A stretch of 42,507 nt of DNA. Source: Bacteroidota bacterium (GTDB lineage Bacteria; Bacteroidota; Bacteroidia; Bacteroidales; CG2-30-32-10). Positions within the stretch are counted from its first letter, which is position 1. Each line of letters begins with the position of its first letter. Of the stretch, positions 32,044 to 40,564 are shown in pieces. Below the pieces are notes generated by a model. The model was not told where the DNA came from and made no database searches. It worked only from the letters and a program-made list of their open reading frames with translations. The stretch spans positions 1 to 42,507 of the forward strand of contig JAZDMF010000122.1 in the NCBI GenBank assembly GCA_043801235.1, read 5' to 3'. Both the position numbers and the translations under genes were made by a program.

Positions 32044-33594
32044 TTAAAGTTTTATTTCGTCATCTTCTTTGTTAAAGAAGTGGTATTCAAGAAAATGATA
32101 AGATGACATGGGAACAATGCGCAGCCATTTTTTAAATTTCATGAACCATTTGAAGCGTATAGAAAAACTTCCTTGGGTGAGATATGCGTAAATATAAGGA
32201 TGCACGCACATTTTAAGGTATTTCTCATTCTGACGCTGAATGAGGTATTTTATATTATTTTCTATTTCGTCAATAAAAATTATGCTTGCCTTTATTTCGC
32301 CGGTTCCATCGCAGACAGGACATTTCTCAAGAGTCTCAATATTTGTTTCGGGGCGAACGCGCTGACGGGTTATTTGAACGAGTCCGAATTTGCTGGGTGG
32401 AAGTATGGTATGTTTGGCCCTGTCGTTGCGCATTTCCTCACGGAGCCTGTCAAAAAGCTTGCGGCGGTTATGCCCGTCGTGCATATCGATAAAATCGATC
32501 ACTATTATGCCGCCCATATCCCTGAGGCGCAACTGCCGTGCTACTTCGGATGCTGCTTCGAGATTAACATCCAGCGCATTTTGCTCCTGGTTGTTCTCTG
32601 AATTGGAACGGTGGCCGCTGTTGACATCAATTACATGAAGCGCTTCGGTATGCTCAATGATAAGGTATGCCCCGCTTTTTGCGGAAACATTTTTCCCAAA
32701 AGATGTTTTAATCTGCTTTTCAACACCAAAGTGTTCAAAAATGGGACTTTTCCCTCTGTAGAGTTTTACAATGTCCTGTTGGTCGGGGGCAATAGTGCGG
32801 ATATAATTTTTTATCTCATCAAAAATCTTCTGTTCATTAACATGAATGTTGTTAAAGGAATCGTTCAGCAGATCGCGCAATATTGCAGAGGTACGGTTAA
32901 GTTCGCCCACAATTTTCACGGGTGCTTTTGATGACGCCAGTTTTCCTATGGATGACTCCCATTTTTTCACCAGGTCGCGCAGGTCGGCGTCGAGTTCGGC
33001 AACCATGCGGTTTTCGGCAATTGTGCGAATGATTATTCCAAAATTATTTGGACGTATGCTTTGCACAAGCCGTTTCAGCCTGCTTCTTTCTTCGGGGCTT
33101 TTAATTTTCTGGGAAACTGAAATTTTATCTGTAAAAGGAACCAGCACAAGATAGCGGCCTGCAAAAGAAATTTCGGAACTTACCCTTGGACCCTTCGTAG
33201 AAATGGGTTCCTTGGCCACCTGAACCAGAATTTGCTGGTTTATGCTCAGAACATTCGAAATCTTGCCTGTTTTTTCAATGTCCTTTTCAAGGCGGAATTG
33301 CTCAAGGGTGGGAACGCCCTGCCTGCGCGACAATGCTATTTTAATCAGTTTGTTCAGGGAGAGAATCTGAGAGCCCAGGTCAAGGTAATGCAGAAAAGCA
33401 TCTTTCTCATAACCCACATCTACGAAAGCTGCATTCAACCCAGGTATCACCTTTTTCACCCTACCCAGGTATACATCACCTACTGCATAACTTTTGCCGC
33501 TTTTGTCTTTATTTAACTCAACAAGACGTTTGTCTTCAAGCAGCGCTATGGTTACTTCTGAAACGCCGGAATCGATAATTAATTCCTTGTTCAC
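32044..33594 (-). CDS. rng: Ribonuclease G/E family endoribonuclease
   Basis: The N-terminal S1 domain (VGDVYLGRVKKVIPGLNAAFVDVG) is followed by the Rne/Rng catalytic-core pattern (HVIDVNSG, GIIVIDFIDM) and a Zn-link CPVCDGTG. The protein is 516 aa. Confidence 0.9.
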   Translation of the reverse strand: MNKELIIDSGVSEVTIALLEDKRLVELNKDKSGKSYAVGDVYLGRVKKVIPGLNAAFVDVGYEKDAFLHYLDLGSQILSLNKLIKIALSRRQGVPTLEQFRLEKDIEKTGKISNVLSINQQILVQVAKEPISTKGPRVSSEISFAGRYLVLVPFTDKISVSQKIKSPEERSRLKRLVQSIRPNNFGIIIRTIAENRMVAELDADLRDLVKKWESSIGKLASSKAPVKIVGELNRTSAILRDLLNDSFNNIHVNEQKIFDEIKNYIRTIAPDQQDIVKLYRGKSPIFEHFGVEKQIKTSFGKNVSAKSGAYLIIEHTEALHVIDVNSGHRSNSENNQEQNALDVNLEAASEVARQLRLRDMGGIIVIDFIDMHDGHNRRKLFDRLREEMRNDRAKHTILPPSKFGLVQITRQRVRPETNIETLEKCPVCDGTGEIKASIIFIDEIENNIKYLIQRQNEKYLKMCVHPYIYAYLTQGSFSIRFKWFMKFKKWLRIVPMSSYHFLEYHFFNKEDDEIKL

Positions 33595-33736
33595 CCTGTT
33601 ACAGATTTAAAATTAATTTTCTCTGCAAAAAAAAATTTCTCAGCACGGTGATATGTAAAACCAATAATTACAAATGCCCAAAGGCAGAATGTAATTAATA
33701 TCAATAAAAAATAATAAGCGTAAAAAAATAAGAGGT

Positions 33737-33826
33737 TTATTTCTTTTTATGCCTGTTTTTTCTTAGGCGTTTCTTACGTTTGTGGGTAGACATCTTGTGC
33801 CTTTTTCTTTTTTTTCCGCTTGGCAT
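33737..33826 (-). CDS. 29-aa ultra-basic peptide (candidate small ribosomal protein of the bTHX-like type)
   Basis: I translated this by hand. ATG 33826 to TAA 33739-33737 gives MPSGKKRKRHKMSTHKRKKRLRKNRHKKK, with 19 of 29 residues Lys/Arg. It is too short for the ORF track. It sits 33 nt downstream of hup on the same strand. From memory, near-identical peptides in Bacteroidota are annotated as 30S protein THX. Confidence 0.6.
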   Translation of the reverse strand: MPSGKKRKRHKMSTHKRKKRLRKNRHKKK

Positions 33827-33859
33827 AGAATATTTTTTTCTTACAGAATAACTGTAATA

Positions 33860-34144
33860 TTATTTCACGCTTTTCTTAACCTCATTCACAAAAGTCTTTG
33901 CCGGTTTAAAAGAAGGGATATTGTGGGCAGGAATAATGATTGTGGTATTCTTTGAAATATTTCTTCCTGTTTTTTCAGCGCGTTTTTTAATAATGAAACT
34001 ACCGAAACCTCTCAGGTACACATTATCACCTTTGCTCAAAGACGATTTTACTGAATTCATGAAAGCTTCAACAGTTGCCTGAACTGCAACTTTTTCAACT
34101 CCCGTTTTGGCAGCAATGGTTGCTACGATTTCTGCTTTTGTCAT
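33860..34144 (-). CDS. hup: HU family DNA-binding protein
   Basis: The 94-aa protein has the HU/IHF signature region LRGFGSFIIKKRAEKTGRNISKNTTIIIPA. Confidence 0.9.
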   Translation of the reverse strand: MTKAEIVATIAAKTGVEKVAVQATVEAFMNSVKSSLSKGDNVYLRGFGSFIIKKRAEKTGRNISKNTTIIIPAHNIPSFKPAKTFVNEVKKSVK

Positions 34145-34192
34145 AATTTAAATAATTTTGTTTTTTAAACCTAATAATTATAAATTGGGGTG

Positions 34193-34200
34193 CAAAGATA
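34193..34200 (-). promoter_or_regulatory. Candidate Bacteroidota -7 box (TATCTTTG) for hup
   Basis: Plus-strand CAAAGATA reads TATCTTTG on the minus strand and matches TAnnTTTG. It lies 49 nt upstream of the hup ATG. I found no convincing -33 TTTG at the expected spacing. Confidence 0.3.
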
Positions 34201-34278
34201 AATTTTTTATTTTCCCGAAAAAAATTTTTTGCAATTATTTTCATATAATTCTCTCAAAATAAACCTGTTTTATACAAA

Positions 34279-35361
34279 ATGGCCTTTTTTACAAATCAAT
34301 TATTAAAATGGTATAAACAAAACCAAAGGAAATTACCCTGGCGAAAAACCCGCGATCCATATAAAATATGGCTGTCGGAAATAATCCTCCAGCAAACAAG
34401 GATTGCCCAGGGAACCGGCTATTATAATAAATTCATACGCGAATTTCCTGATGTTGCATCACTGGCAATGGCAAAACAGGATAAAGTAATGAAACTATGG
34501 CAGGGACTTGGATATTATACGCGCGCCCGGAACCTTCATGCCGCAGCAAAAGAAATTGAAAAGAAACACAAAGGGCAGGTACCTGATAATTATAATGACC
34601 TTATTAAACTTAAAGGCATTGGCGATTACACTGCCAGTGCAATATTATCCATTGCTTTCAGCAAGCCCTTTCCCGTGGTTGACGGTAATGTGATACGTGT
34701 AATTTCAAGGATTTACGGCATTACAAAACCTGTAAGCAGCGCGGATGCATTAAATGAAATAAAGACCCTGGCAAAAAAACTAATGCCAATAAACAAACCC
34801 GGTAATTTCAACCAGGCTATCATGGAATTCGGCGCACTGCAATGCAAACCCCAAAATCCCGATTGTGCAGGCTGCTGCCTTAACAGCATTTGCATTGCGT
34901 TCAAAAAAAATATTGTCGGGGCTCTCCCTGTTAAAAAAGAAACTCCTGCAATAAAAGAAAGGCACCTGAATTATTTTCTTATCACTTATAAAATAAAGAA
35001 AACACGTTATATTTATATAAGGAAAAGGACCGGAAATGATATCTGGAAAAATCTGTATGATCTGCCATGCATTGAGACTAAAGTAAAAGCGGGATACGAT
35101 AAAATAAAAACCGGCAAAGAATGGAAAACTATTTTCGGAAACCATAAAACAATAGTAAAAGGTAATCCTAAAGCATACATTCACGAACTTAGCCACCAAA
35201 CAATTTACGCTGTTTTTTACAATGTTTCTGTTTTACAAGCCCTGAAAAAAAAATCACTTTTAAAAAAAATTAAAGCGGACGATTTTCAAAAGCTTCCTGT
35301 TCCAAGACTGATAGAAAAATATTTGTTATCACAAAACCTTATTCTTTTTTCCGGAATTTAA
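34279..35361 (+). CDS. mutY: A/G-specific adenine DNA glycosylase
   Basis: The HhH-GPD region (LKGIGDYTASAI) and the 4Fe-4S cluster loop C-x6-C-x2-C-x5-C (CKPQNPDCAGCCLNSIC) are present. A C-terminal NUDIX-like domain follows. Confidence 0.9.
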   Translation: MAFFTNQLLKWYKQNQRKLPWRKTRDPYKIWLSEIILQQTRIAQGTGYYNKFIREFPDVASLAMAKQDKVMKLWQGLGYYTRARNLHAAAKEIEKKHKGQVPDNYNDLIKLKGIGDYTASAILSIAFSKPFPVVDGNVIRVISRIYGITKPVSSADALNEIKTLAKKLMPINKPGNFNQAIMEFGALQCKPQNPDCAGCCLNSICIAFKKNIVGALPVKKETPAIKERHLNYFLITYKIKKTRYIYIRKRTGNDIWKNLYDLPCIETKVKAGYDKIKTGKEWKTIFGNHKTIVKGNPKAYIHELSHQTIYAVFYNVSVLQALKKKSLLKKIKADDFQKLPVPRLIEKYLLSQNLILFSGI

Positions 35362-35374
35362 AAACAATTCTTTT

Positions 35375-35445
35375 CCCGCTGATACCGCTGATTTTCGCAG
35401 AAATCACATCGAAAATCATCTGCATTGTTCTGCGATATCTGCGGG
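35375..35445. repeat. Intergenic word hairpin (CCGCTGAT x2 / ATCTGC words)
   Basis: The outer stem is CCCGCTGATA (35375-35384) with TATCTGCGGG (35436-45) and one mismatch. The inner perfect 8-bp stem is GATTTTCG (35390-35397) with CGAAAATC (35410-35417). The left arm contains the direct repeat CCGCTGATA/CCGCTGATT at a 9-nt period. Confidence 0.7.
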
Positions 35446-35467
35446 AGACAATGAATAAATACTATAC

Positions 35468-35500
35468 TTGAAATGTCTATCGAAATTTTATGTATGTTTG
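35468..35500 (+). promoter_or_regulatory. Candidate promoter of ssb (TTG ... TATGTTTG)
   Basis: TATGTTTG at 35493-35500 matches the TAnnTTTG -7 consensus and lies 30 nt upstream of the ATG. A TTG sits at 35468-35470, 22 nt further upstream. Confidence 0.35.
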
Positions 35501-35530
35501 AAGATTATTATAAAACTAAATCTATACATT

Positions 35531-35947
35531 ATGGCAGGAATCAATAAAGTTATTTTAGTGGGAAACCTCGGCAAAAACGCAGAGATACGCAGTTTTGAAA
35601 ACAACACCAAGATATCATTTTCATTGGCCACTACCGAAGTGTACAAAGCTAAGGACGGGCAGAACACCGAACAGACCGAATGGCACGAAGTGGTTTTCTG
35701 GCGCACAGGGATGACCGAATTCGCTGAACGCAACCTGAAAAAAGGAACCAAGGTTTACATAGAAGGTAAAATTCGCACCCGTTCGTGGGATGACAAGGAC
35801 GGCGCTAAAAAATACCGTACTGAAATTATAGGCGACAAGGTGGAAATACTTATTCCCAAAAAAGAAGAAACAACCATTAACAATGAACCGCAGCATGATG
35901 AGCCCGTACCACCGGCTCCAGAGCCCAGCGATGATCTTCCGTTTTAA
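35531..35947 (+). CDS. ssb: Single-stranded DNA-binding protein
   Basis: The OB-fold N terminus MAGINKVILVGNLGKNAEIR and the acidic C-terminal tip SDDLPF are present. The start is at ATG 35531, inside the longer ORF-track frame. Confidence 0.95.
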   Translation: MAGINKVILVGNLGKNAEIRSFENNTKISFSLATTEVYKAKDGQNTEQTEWHEVVFWRTGMTEFAERNLKKGTKVYIEGKIRTRSWDDKDGAKKYRTEIIGDKVEILIPKKEETTINNEPQHDEPVPPAPEPSDDLPF

Positions 35948-35954
35948 CAAAAAA

Positions 35955-35978
35955 AGCAGGAGAAATTCCTGCTTTTTT
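35955..35978. terminator. Bidirectional rho-independent terminator between ssb and the fibre gene
   Basis: The stem AGCAGGA (35955-35961) pairs with TCCTGCT (35967-35973) around a 5-nt loop. An A run precedes it and a T run follows, so it is terminator-like on both strands. Confidence 0.8.
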
Positions 35979-36059
35979 ATATCAAATAAATGATAGAAAA
36001 TATCAAATAGCAAAATGATGTTTCACATTTGAAATTTTCCAATTTCCATCATTAATAAT

Positions 36060-38177
36060 TTATTTGGACTTAAGAATTTTTATTTCATCTTTCAGGATTT
36101 CAATTTCTGCCTGTTGTTCCTGCATGGCTTTTACAAGTACTGGTATCAAACCAATATAGTTAATTCCCTTGTATTCAATGTTTGCATCTTCTTTGGCTTC
36201 TCCCGGATGTACACTGTTTTCGACCAAAGCAGGGAATACCTTTTCCATTTCCTGTGCTATAAATCCAATCTGCGTACCTGATGCAAAACCCATAAACGGA
36301 TATTCTTCAGTTTTCATATTATAGGTAACAGGCCTTAACTTTAGTACATTATCAAGTGCACTGGAATAGTTGGTAACATCTTTTTTGAATTTTTCATCGG
36401 AAGCTAAAGTCCAGGTTCCTGTATACGCACCATTGCCACTGCAATATAAGCCATATGCTGTACCACCGGTTGTGCTTGCATAACCATAAACGCCATAAAC
36501 AGGAGCTGCGGCAGTAGATGAAGCATAGCCGGATACACCGAAAACACTATTAGTTGAAGTATTACTTGCTGTTCCTTCCACACCAGTAAATTTACTTTCA
36601 AAAAAGCCGCCATACCCATACCAGTTAGCAGCATTGCTTTTACCATATACGGCTATTCCGTCATTAGTTCCGGTATTGGTATATTCGGCATGAACAGCAT
36701 GGGCAGTGTAATCGGCGCTGTCAGTAGTAAAATAACCGGCATAACGGTTGGTAGAAGCGACATGGAGTTTAGTAGATCCTGTGGGAGTGGCAGTTCCAAT
36801 TGCAACAATACCAGCCTTGGTAATGGTCATTCGTTTTACGGGATCTGTACCAGCTCCGCTTGGTCGGGTCCAGAAATTTAGATATGAGGAATAATTGCCT
36901 GCATCAGTTCCTGCTGCAACAATATTACATTCGTTACCTGTGCCAGCTATCAAAGCAGAATGAAGCAAAATTCCTCCGGCATTACCGACATTAGCGTCAG
37001 TAGCATTAAATGCAGTAGTTGCACCACCTACTAATAACTGGGTATTTTCGGAAGTATTATACACCTGTAAGGCACCTAAAGGCGTTGATGTTCCAACACC
37101 GATTTTTGTTCCATTATTAAATAAATTACTTGTTGCAATCCAGTTTGTACCATCATGACGTAAAGTTTGTCCTGATGTTCCTGTAGGAAGGGTAGATGGT
37201 GTGTCCCATTGAACAAAGGTATTCGGACTTGTTCCATGCACTGTCAAAACCTGTCCATCAATCCCATGACTGCCGTTAAAATCACGAATATGTCCCCAAT
37301 ACAAGTCAAAATAATTTGCGTTAGAGCTTCCGAGTGAAAAAATATTCGCATTAGTTATGCTCATTCCATTCATATTAATGTTATAGGTACCTGCGCTATT
37401 GCCTAATGCCAATGTTTGTGTTAATGTCTGGCTGGCTGTTCCTGTCGGGCCAGTGGCACCGGTAGCACCTGCTGCACCAGTAGCACCATTTGCTCCGGCA
37501 GTACCAGTAGGTCCGGCTGCTCCGGTTGCTCCATTTGTTCCATTAGCCCCTGTGACACCTGCTGGCCCTGTTGCTCCATTGCCTCCAGTAGCACCATTGC
37601 TTCCAGCAACACCTGTAGGACCGGTCGGACCCGTCGGGCCCATTCCTGTACCTGTTGGACCCGTTGCGCCGGTAGCACCTGTGGTACCTGTTCCGGTGGC
37701 TCCGGTAGCTCCAATAGCTCCTGCAGGACCTGTTGGACCGGTAGGGCCTGTAGTTCCTGATGTACCGGCATTGGCTGCATACATGGCAAAAGGAACAGTT
37801 AACAACTGAGATGTTCCCATGTTAGTATAAACTGATCCTCCTGCAGGATCCATTTCAACCTGCAGCCAGTAATTGCCCGAACTCCATGCAATGGCGCTGA
37901 ATGTTCCGGTAATAACTGTTCCCTGCCCCAGGCTTATTGTAAATAATCCAAACTGGTTTGTTGTGGTTGAATGCGATTCGGAATACACAATGGTTCCTGA
38001 TGATGAACCCTGATGAACTGAAAGGCGCAGCCCTACTGCCTGACTGATAAGTAAATTTCCCGAAGCATCTCTTGCCACAGCCTGGTAGTTGAATGCCTGC
38101 GGCACCTGTGCGCTCAACTGGCCGATGAATACAAGCATCAGCATAGCACTTAAAAAAGTAATGATTGTTTTTTTCAT
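36060..38177 (-). CDS. Secreted collagen-like fibre protein with C-terminal tail-fibre-type (peptidase S74-like) intramolecular chaperone domain, copy A (705 aa)
   Basis: The signal peptide is [23 protein letters not shown]|QVP. A conserved N-domain follows, then 35 G-X-Y triplets (aa 138-248, mostly G-x-T). Next come a variable beta-rich centre and a Gly/Tyr-rich block. The last 113 aa (SDEKFKKDV...LRPVTYNMK...[15 protein letters not shown]...[26 protein letters not shown]) resemble the self-cleaving chaperone domain of phage endosialidases and tail fibres. Confidence 0.8.
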   Translation of the reverse strand: MKKTIITFLSAMLMLVFIGQLSAQVPQAFNYQAVARDASGNLLISQAVGLRLSVHQGSSSGTIVYSESHSTTTNQFGLFTISLGQGTVITGTFSAIAWSSGNYWLQVEMDPAGGSVYTNMGTSQLLTVPFAMYAANAGTSGTTGPTGPTGPAGAIGATGATGTGTTGATGATGPTGTGMGPTGPTGPTGVAGSNGATGGNGATGPAGVTGANGTNGATGAAGPTGTAGANGATGAAGATGATGPTGTASQTLTQTLALGNSAGTYNINMNGMSITNANIFSLGSSNANYFDLYWGHIRDFNGSHGIDGQVLTVHGTSPNTFVQWDTPSTLPTGTSGQTLRHDGTNWIATSNLFNNGTKIGVGTSTPLGALQVYNTSENTQLLVGGATTAFNATDANVGNAGGILLHSALIAGTGNECNIVAAGTDAGNYSSYLNFWTRPSGAGTDPVKRMTITKAGIVAIGTATPTGSTKLHVASTNRYAGYFTTDSADYTAHAVHAEYTNTGTNDGIAVYGKSNAANWYGYGGFFESKFTGVEGTASNTSTNSVFGVSGYASSTAAAPVYGVYGYASTTGGTAYGLYCSGNGAYTGTWTLASDEKFKKDVTNYSSALDNVLKLRPVTYNMKTEEYPFMGFASGTQIGFIAQEMEKVFPALVENSVHPGEAKEDANIEYKGINYIGLIPVLVKAMQEQQAEIEILKDEIKILKSK
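37434..37766 (-). repeat. Collagen-like G-X-Y coding repeat of fibre A
   Basis: The translation reads [25 protein letters not shown]...[12 protein letters not shown] with two short register interruptions (GTG-TT-GAT and GTG-M-GPT). The tract is locally GC-rich and is open in several frames on both strands. Confidence 0.9.
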
Positions 38178-38196
38178 GTTTTATTCTGTTTTTTTA

Positions 38197-38715
38197 TTAA
38201 TAAACTAAATTTATTTTGTTATAATTTATTTGTTTTTCGCCTTTGGAATTTTCAGTTGTGAGTTCAAGCATGTATATTCCCTGGCTGAAACTGCTGATGT
38301 CGAAGGTCACAGTATTCGTGCCTGCCGATTGTAAAACAGCTTTTGTAAGAACTACCTGCCCTACCAGATTGTACATTATTATTATATTCTCCCCGCTGCT
38401 GTTGCTGATATAACTCAGCGTGAAAATGCCGCTGGTAGGATTCGGATAAATCAGTATGTCACCCGTTACTGTTGGATTTTCAGGAATGCCAACAACATAA
38501 TCTTCGGGTTGCTGGAAACCCTGGGTAAGAAAATTACCTCCTGCAGTGAATGTTTGCACCATGGTCATTTCAGCTACTGTGAATGAAAGCATGGCGCTGC
38601 CCGTTGAGTAAAATCCTCCGGAGGAAGATATTACAGTAGGCGACAGTGTTTGCGATTGTAAAATTCCTGATATTAATATCAGGGCAAACAGCAAAACCGA
38701 TAATTTATTTTTCAT
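38197..38715 (-). CDS. Small secreted protein with T9SS C-terminal sorting domain, copy A (172 aa)
   Basis: The signal peptide is ...GILQS|QTL. A passenger of only about 75 aa follows (LSPTVISSSGGFYSTGSAMLSFTVAEMTMVQTF...LTQGFQQPE). The C-terminal domain is Por-secretion-tail-like (ILIYPNPTSGIFTLSY...GIYMLELTTENSKG...INLVY). Confidence 0.8.
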   Translation of the reverse strand: MKNKLSVLLFALILISGILQSQTLSPTVISSSGGFYSTGSAMLSFTVAEMTMVQTFTAGGNFLTQGFQQPEDYVVGIPENPTVTGDILIYPNPTSGIFTLSYISNSSGENIIIMYNLVGQVVLTKAVLQSAGTNTVTFDISSFSQGIYMLELTTENSKGEKQINYNKINLVY

Positions 38716-38739
38716 ATTATATTGTTATTTATTTTGCTG

Positions 38740-38765
38740 CAAATCTATGCATTTTTACAGTCAAA
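38740..38765 (-). promoter_or_regulatory. Candidate promoter of the proximal small-protein/fibre pair
   Basis: The minus strand reads TTTG (38765-38762), a 14-nt spacer, then TAGATTTG (38747-38740, matching TAnnTTTG). The box lies 25 nt upstream of the ATG at 38715. The spacer is shorter than I would expect for the Bacteroides consensus. Confidence 0.35.
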
Positions 38766-38861
38766 TAAAAAAAAAATCAGTTTAGCCGTTTATTTTTTTA
38801 TTTCCATCCCTGAAATTTACTGCCTTTTAATTATTAAACAATTTTCATTCAAAGAATATTT

Positions 38862-38897
38862 TAAAAAAAAATAACAGACTTTTGCAAGCCTGTTATT
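38862..38897 (-). terminator. Rho-independent terminator after fibre gene B
   Basis: On the minus strand AATAACAG (38897-38890) pairs with CTGTTATT (38877-38870) around a 12-nt loop. A T7+ run follows (plus-strand A run 38863-38869). It starts 20 nt downstream of the stop at 38917. Confidence 0.8.
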
Positions 38898-38916
38898 TTT
38901 ATAAGAGAAACTAATT

Positions 38917-40542
38917 TTATTTACTTTCTAATTCTACAATCCTGTTTTCGAGTTGTTCGATCTTAGCATTCTGTTCCTGCATGGCTTTTACAAGTACAGG
39001 TATCAAACCAATATAGTTAACTCCTTTATATTTAACATCCGGGTCTTCTTTTGCAGCTCCGGGATGTACTCCATTTTCAACCAATGTAGGGAATACTTTT
39101 TCCATTTCCTGTGCAATAAAGCCAATCTGTTTACCTGATGCAAATCCCATAAATGGATATTCTTCAGTTTTCATAGAATAAGAAACCGGCCTTAATTTTA
39201 ACACATTATCGAGTGCACTGGAATAGTTGGTAACATCTTTTTTGAATTTTTCATCGGAAGCTAAAGTCCAGGTTCCTGTATAAGCACCATTACCACTGCA
39301 ATATAAGCCATATGCTGTACCACCTGTTGTGGCTGCATAACCATAAACGCCATAAACAGGAGCAGCTGCGGATGAAGTAGCATAACCGTATACACCATAA
39401 AGACTATTAACAGAAGTATTAGTTGCTGTTGAATAAACTCCTATATATTTACTTTCAAAATAGCCACCATATCCATACCAATCAGCAGCATTGCTTTTAC
39501 CATACACAGCTACTCCGTCATAACTACCTGTATTGGTATATTCAGCATGAACAGCGTGACCCAAATAATATGCTGTATCAGTAGTAAAATAGCCTGCATA
39601 TTTTTTTGAAGCTTTCACATTCAGCAATGAAGAAGTATTGGGGGTAGTGGTTCCAATACCAACCCTACCCTGGCCATCAATTGTTAGTCTTCTTATACTA
39701 TTGGTTCCAAAATGCATTGGAACGGGGTCATATGCCCACATATTCATTTCTGTAGATTTTGCTTCAACAAAACCTGTATATGTTCCGCTAACATAAAAAT
39801 CGAGGGTTGGATTTAAAGAATTATTAACTGCAATAGCATCCTGAACCTGCAGAATGTCAGAACCAAATGGGGTGGTAGTACCAACAAGCACTCTTGAGCC
39901 GTTATCATACATAATAGAATTACCTACTGCTGTAGCCGATGTGAACTTTGCAACATAATTAGTTGTTCCGTTTACTGTACCTGAACCGGCAGGACCTGTT
40001 GGGCCTGTAACACCAGCAAGGCCTGTTGCACCATTCGCTCCGGCAGGACCTGTTGCACCATTAGCACCTGCAGGACCTGTAAGGCCAGCAGGGCCAGTAG
40101 CTCCGGTTGCACCAGTAGTTCCTGATGTACCTGCATTGGCTGCATACATGGCAAAAGGAACTGTGAGCAACTGGTCGGTTCCCATATTGGCATAGGTAGT
40201 GCCACCTGTAGGATCCATTTGTACCTGTAACCAATAATTTCCAGTACTCCAGGTAATAGCGCTGAAAGTTCCTGATACTACTGTGCCCTGACCTAATGCC
40301 ACTGTAAACAAACCAAACTGGTTAGTAGTGGGTGAATGAGTTTCGGAATACACTATAGTTCCCGAAGATGACCCCTGATGAATTGTGAGTTTTAATCCTA
40401 TAGTCTGGCTTGCCAATAAAGCTCCTGAACTATTGCGGGCAACGGCCTGATAATTGAATGCCTGAGGAACCTGTGAATATGCATGACCTACGATCATTAA
40501 CATCAACAGCGCTCCAATAAAAGAGATAATTGTTCTTTTCAT
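38917..40542 (-). CDS. Secreted collagen-like fibre protein with C-terminal tail-fibre-type (peptidase S74-like) intramolecular chaperone domain, copy B (541 aa)
   Basis: The N-domain and the last 230 aa or so match copy A. The collagen tract is shorter (16 G-X-Y triplets, aa 138-185). The central part is unrelated to that of copy A. Confidence 0.8.
   Translation of the reverse strand: MKRTIISFIGALLMLMIVGHAYSQVPQAFNYQAVARNSSGALLASQTIGLKLTIHQGSSSGTIVYSETHSPTTNQFGLFTVALGQGTVVSGTFSAITWSTGNYWLQVQMDPTGGTTYANMGTDQLLTVPFAMYAANAGTSGTTGATGATGPAGLTGPAGANGATGPAGANGATGLAGVTGPTGPAGSGTVNGTTNYVAKFTSATAVGNSIMYDNGSRVLVGTTTPFGSDILQVQDAIAVNNSLNPTLDFYVSGTYTGFVEAKSTEMNMWAYDPVPMHFGTNSIRRLTIDGQGRVGIGTTTPNTSSLLNVKASKKYAGYFTTDTAYYLGHAVHAEYTNTGSYDGVAVYGKSNAADWYGYGGYFESKYIGVYSTATNTSVNSLYGVYGYATSSAAAPVYGVYGYAATTGGTAYGLYCSGNGAYTGTWTLASDEKFKKDVTNYSSALDNVLKLRPVSYSMKTEEYPFMGFASGKQIGFIAQEMEKVFPTLVENGVHPGAAKEDPDVKYKGVNYIGLIPVLVKAMQEQNAKIEQLENRIVELESK
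39988..40131 (-). repeat. Collagen-like G-X-Y coding repeat of fibre B
   Basis: The translation reads [48 protein letters not shown]. Confidence 0.9.
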
Positions 40543-40564
40543 TTTTCTATTCTTTTTTTAATTT

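Noticed and set aside
37399-37809. Long ORFs in other frames and on the opposite strand of the collagen tracts (37399-37809 plus strand, 37421-37789 minus strand, 39972-40205 minus strand), giving PVAPV- or QVLQ-type proteins
   Set aside because: They are automatic by-products of the GGN-NCN-NCN repeat, which lacks stop codons in several frames. They have no independent start context, they lie entirely within the fibre genes, and their products are pure low-complexity sequence.
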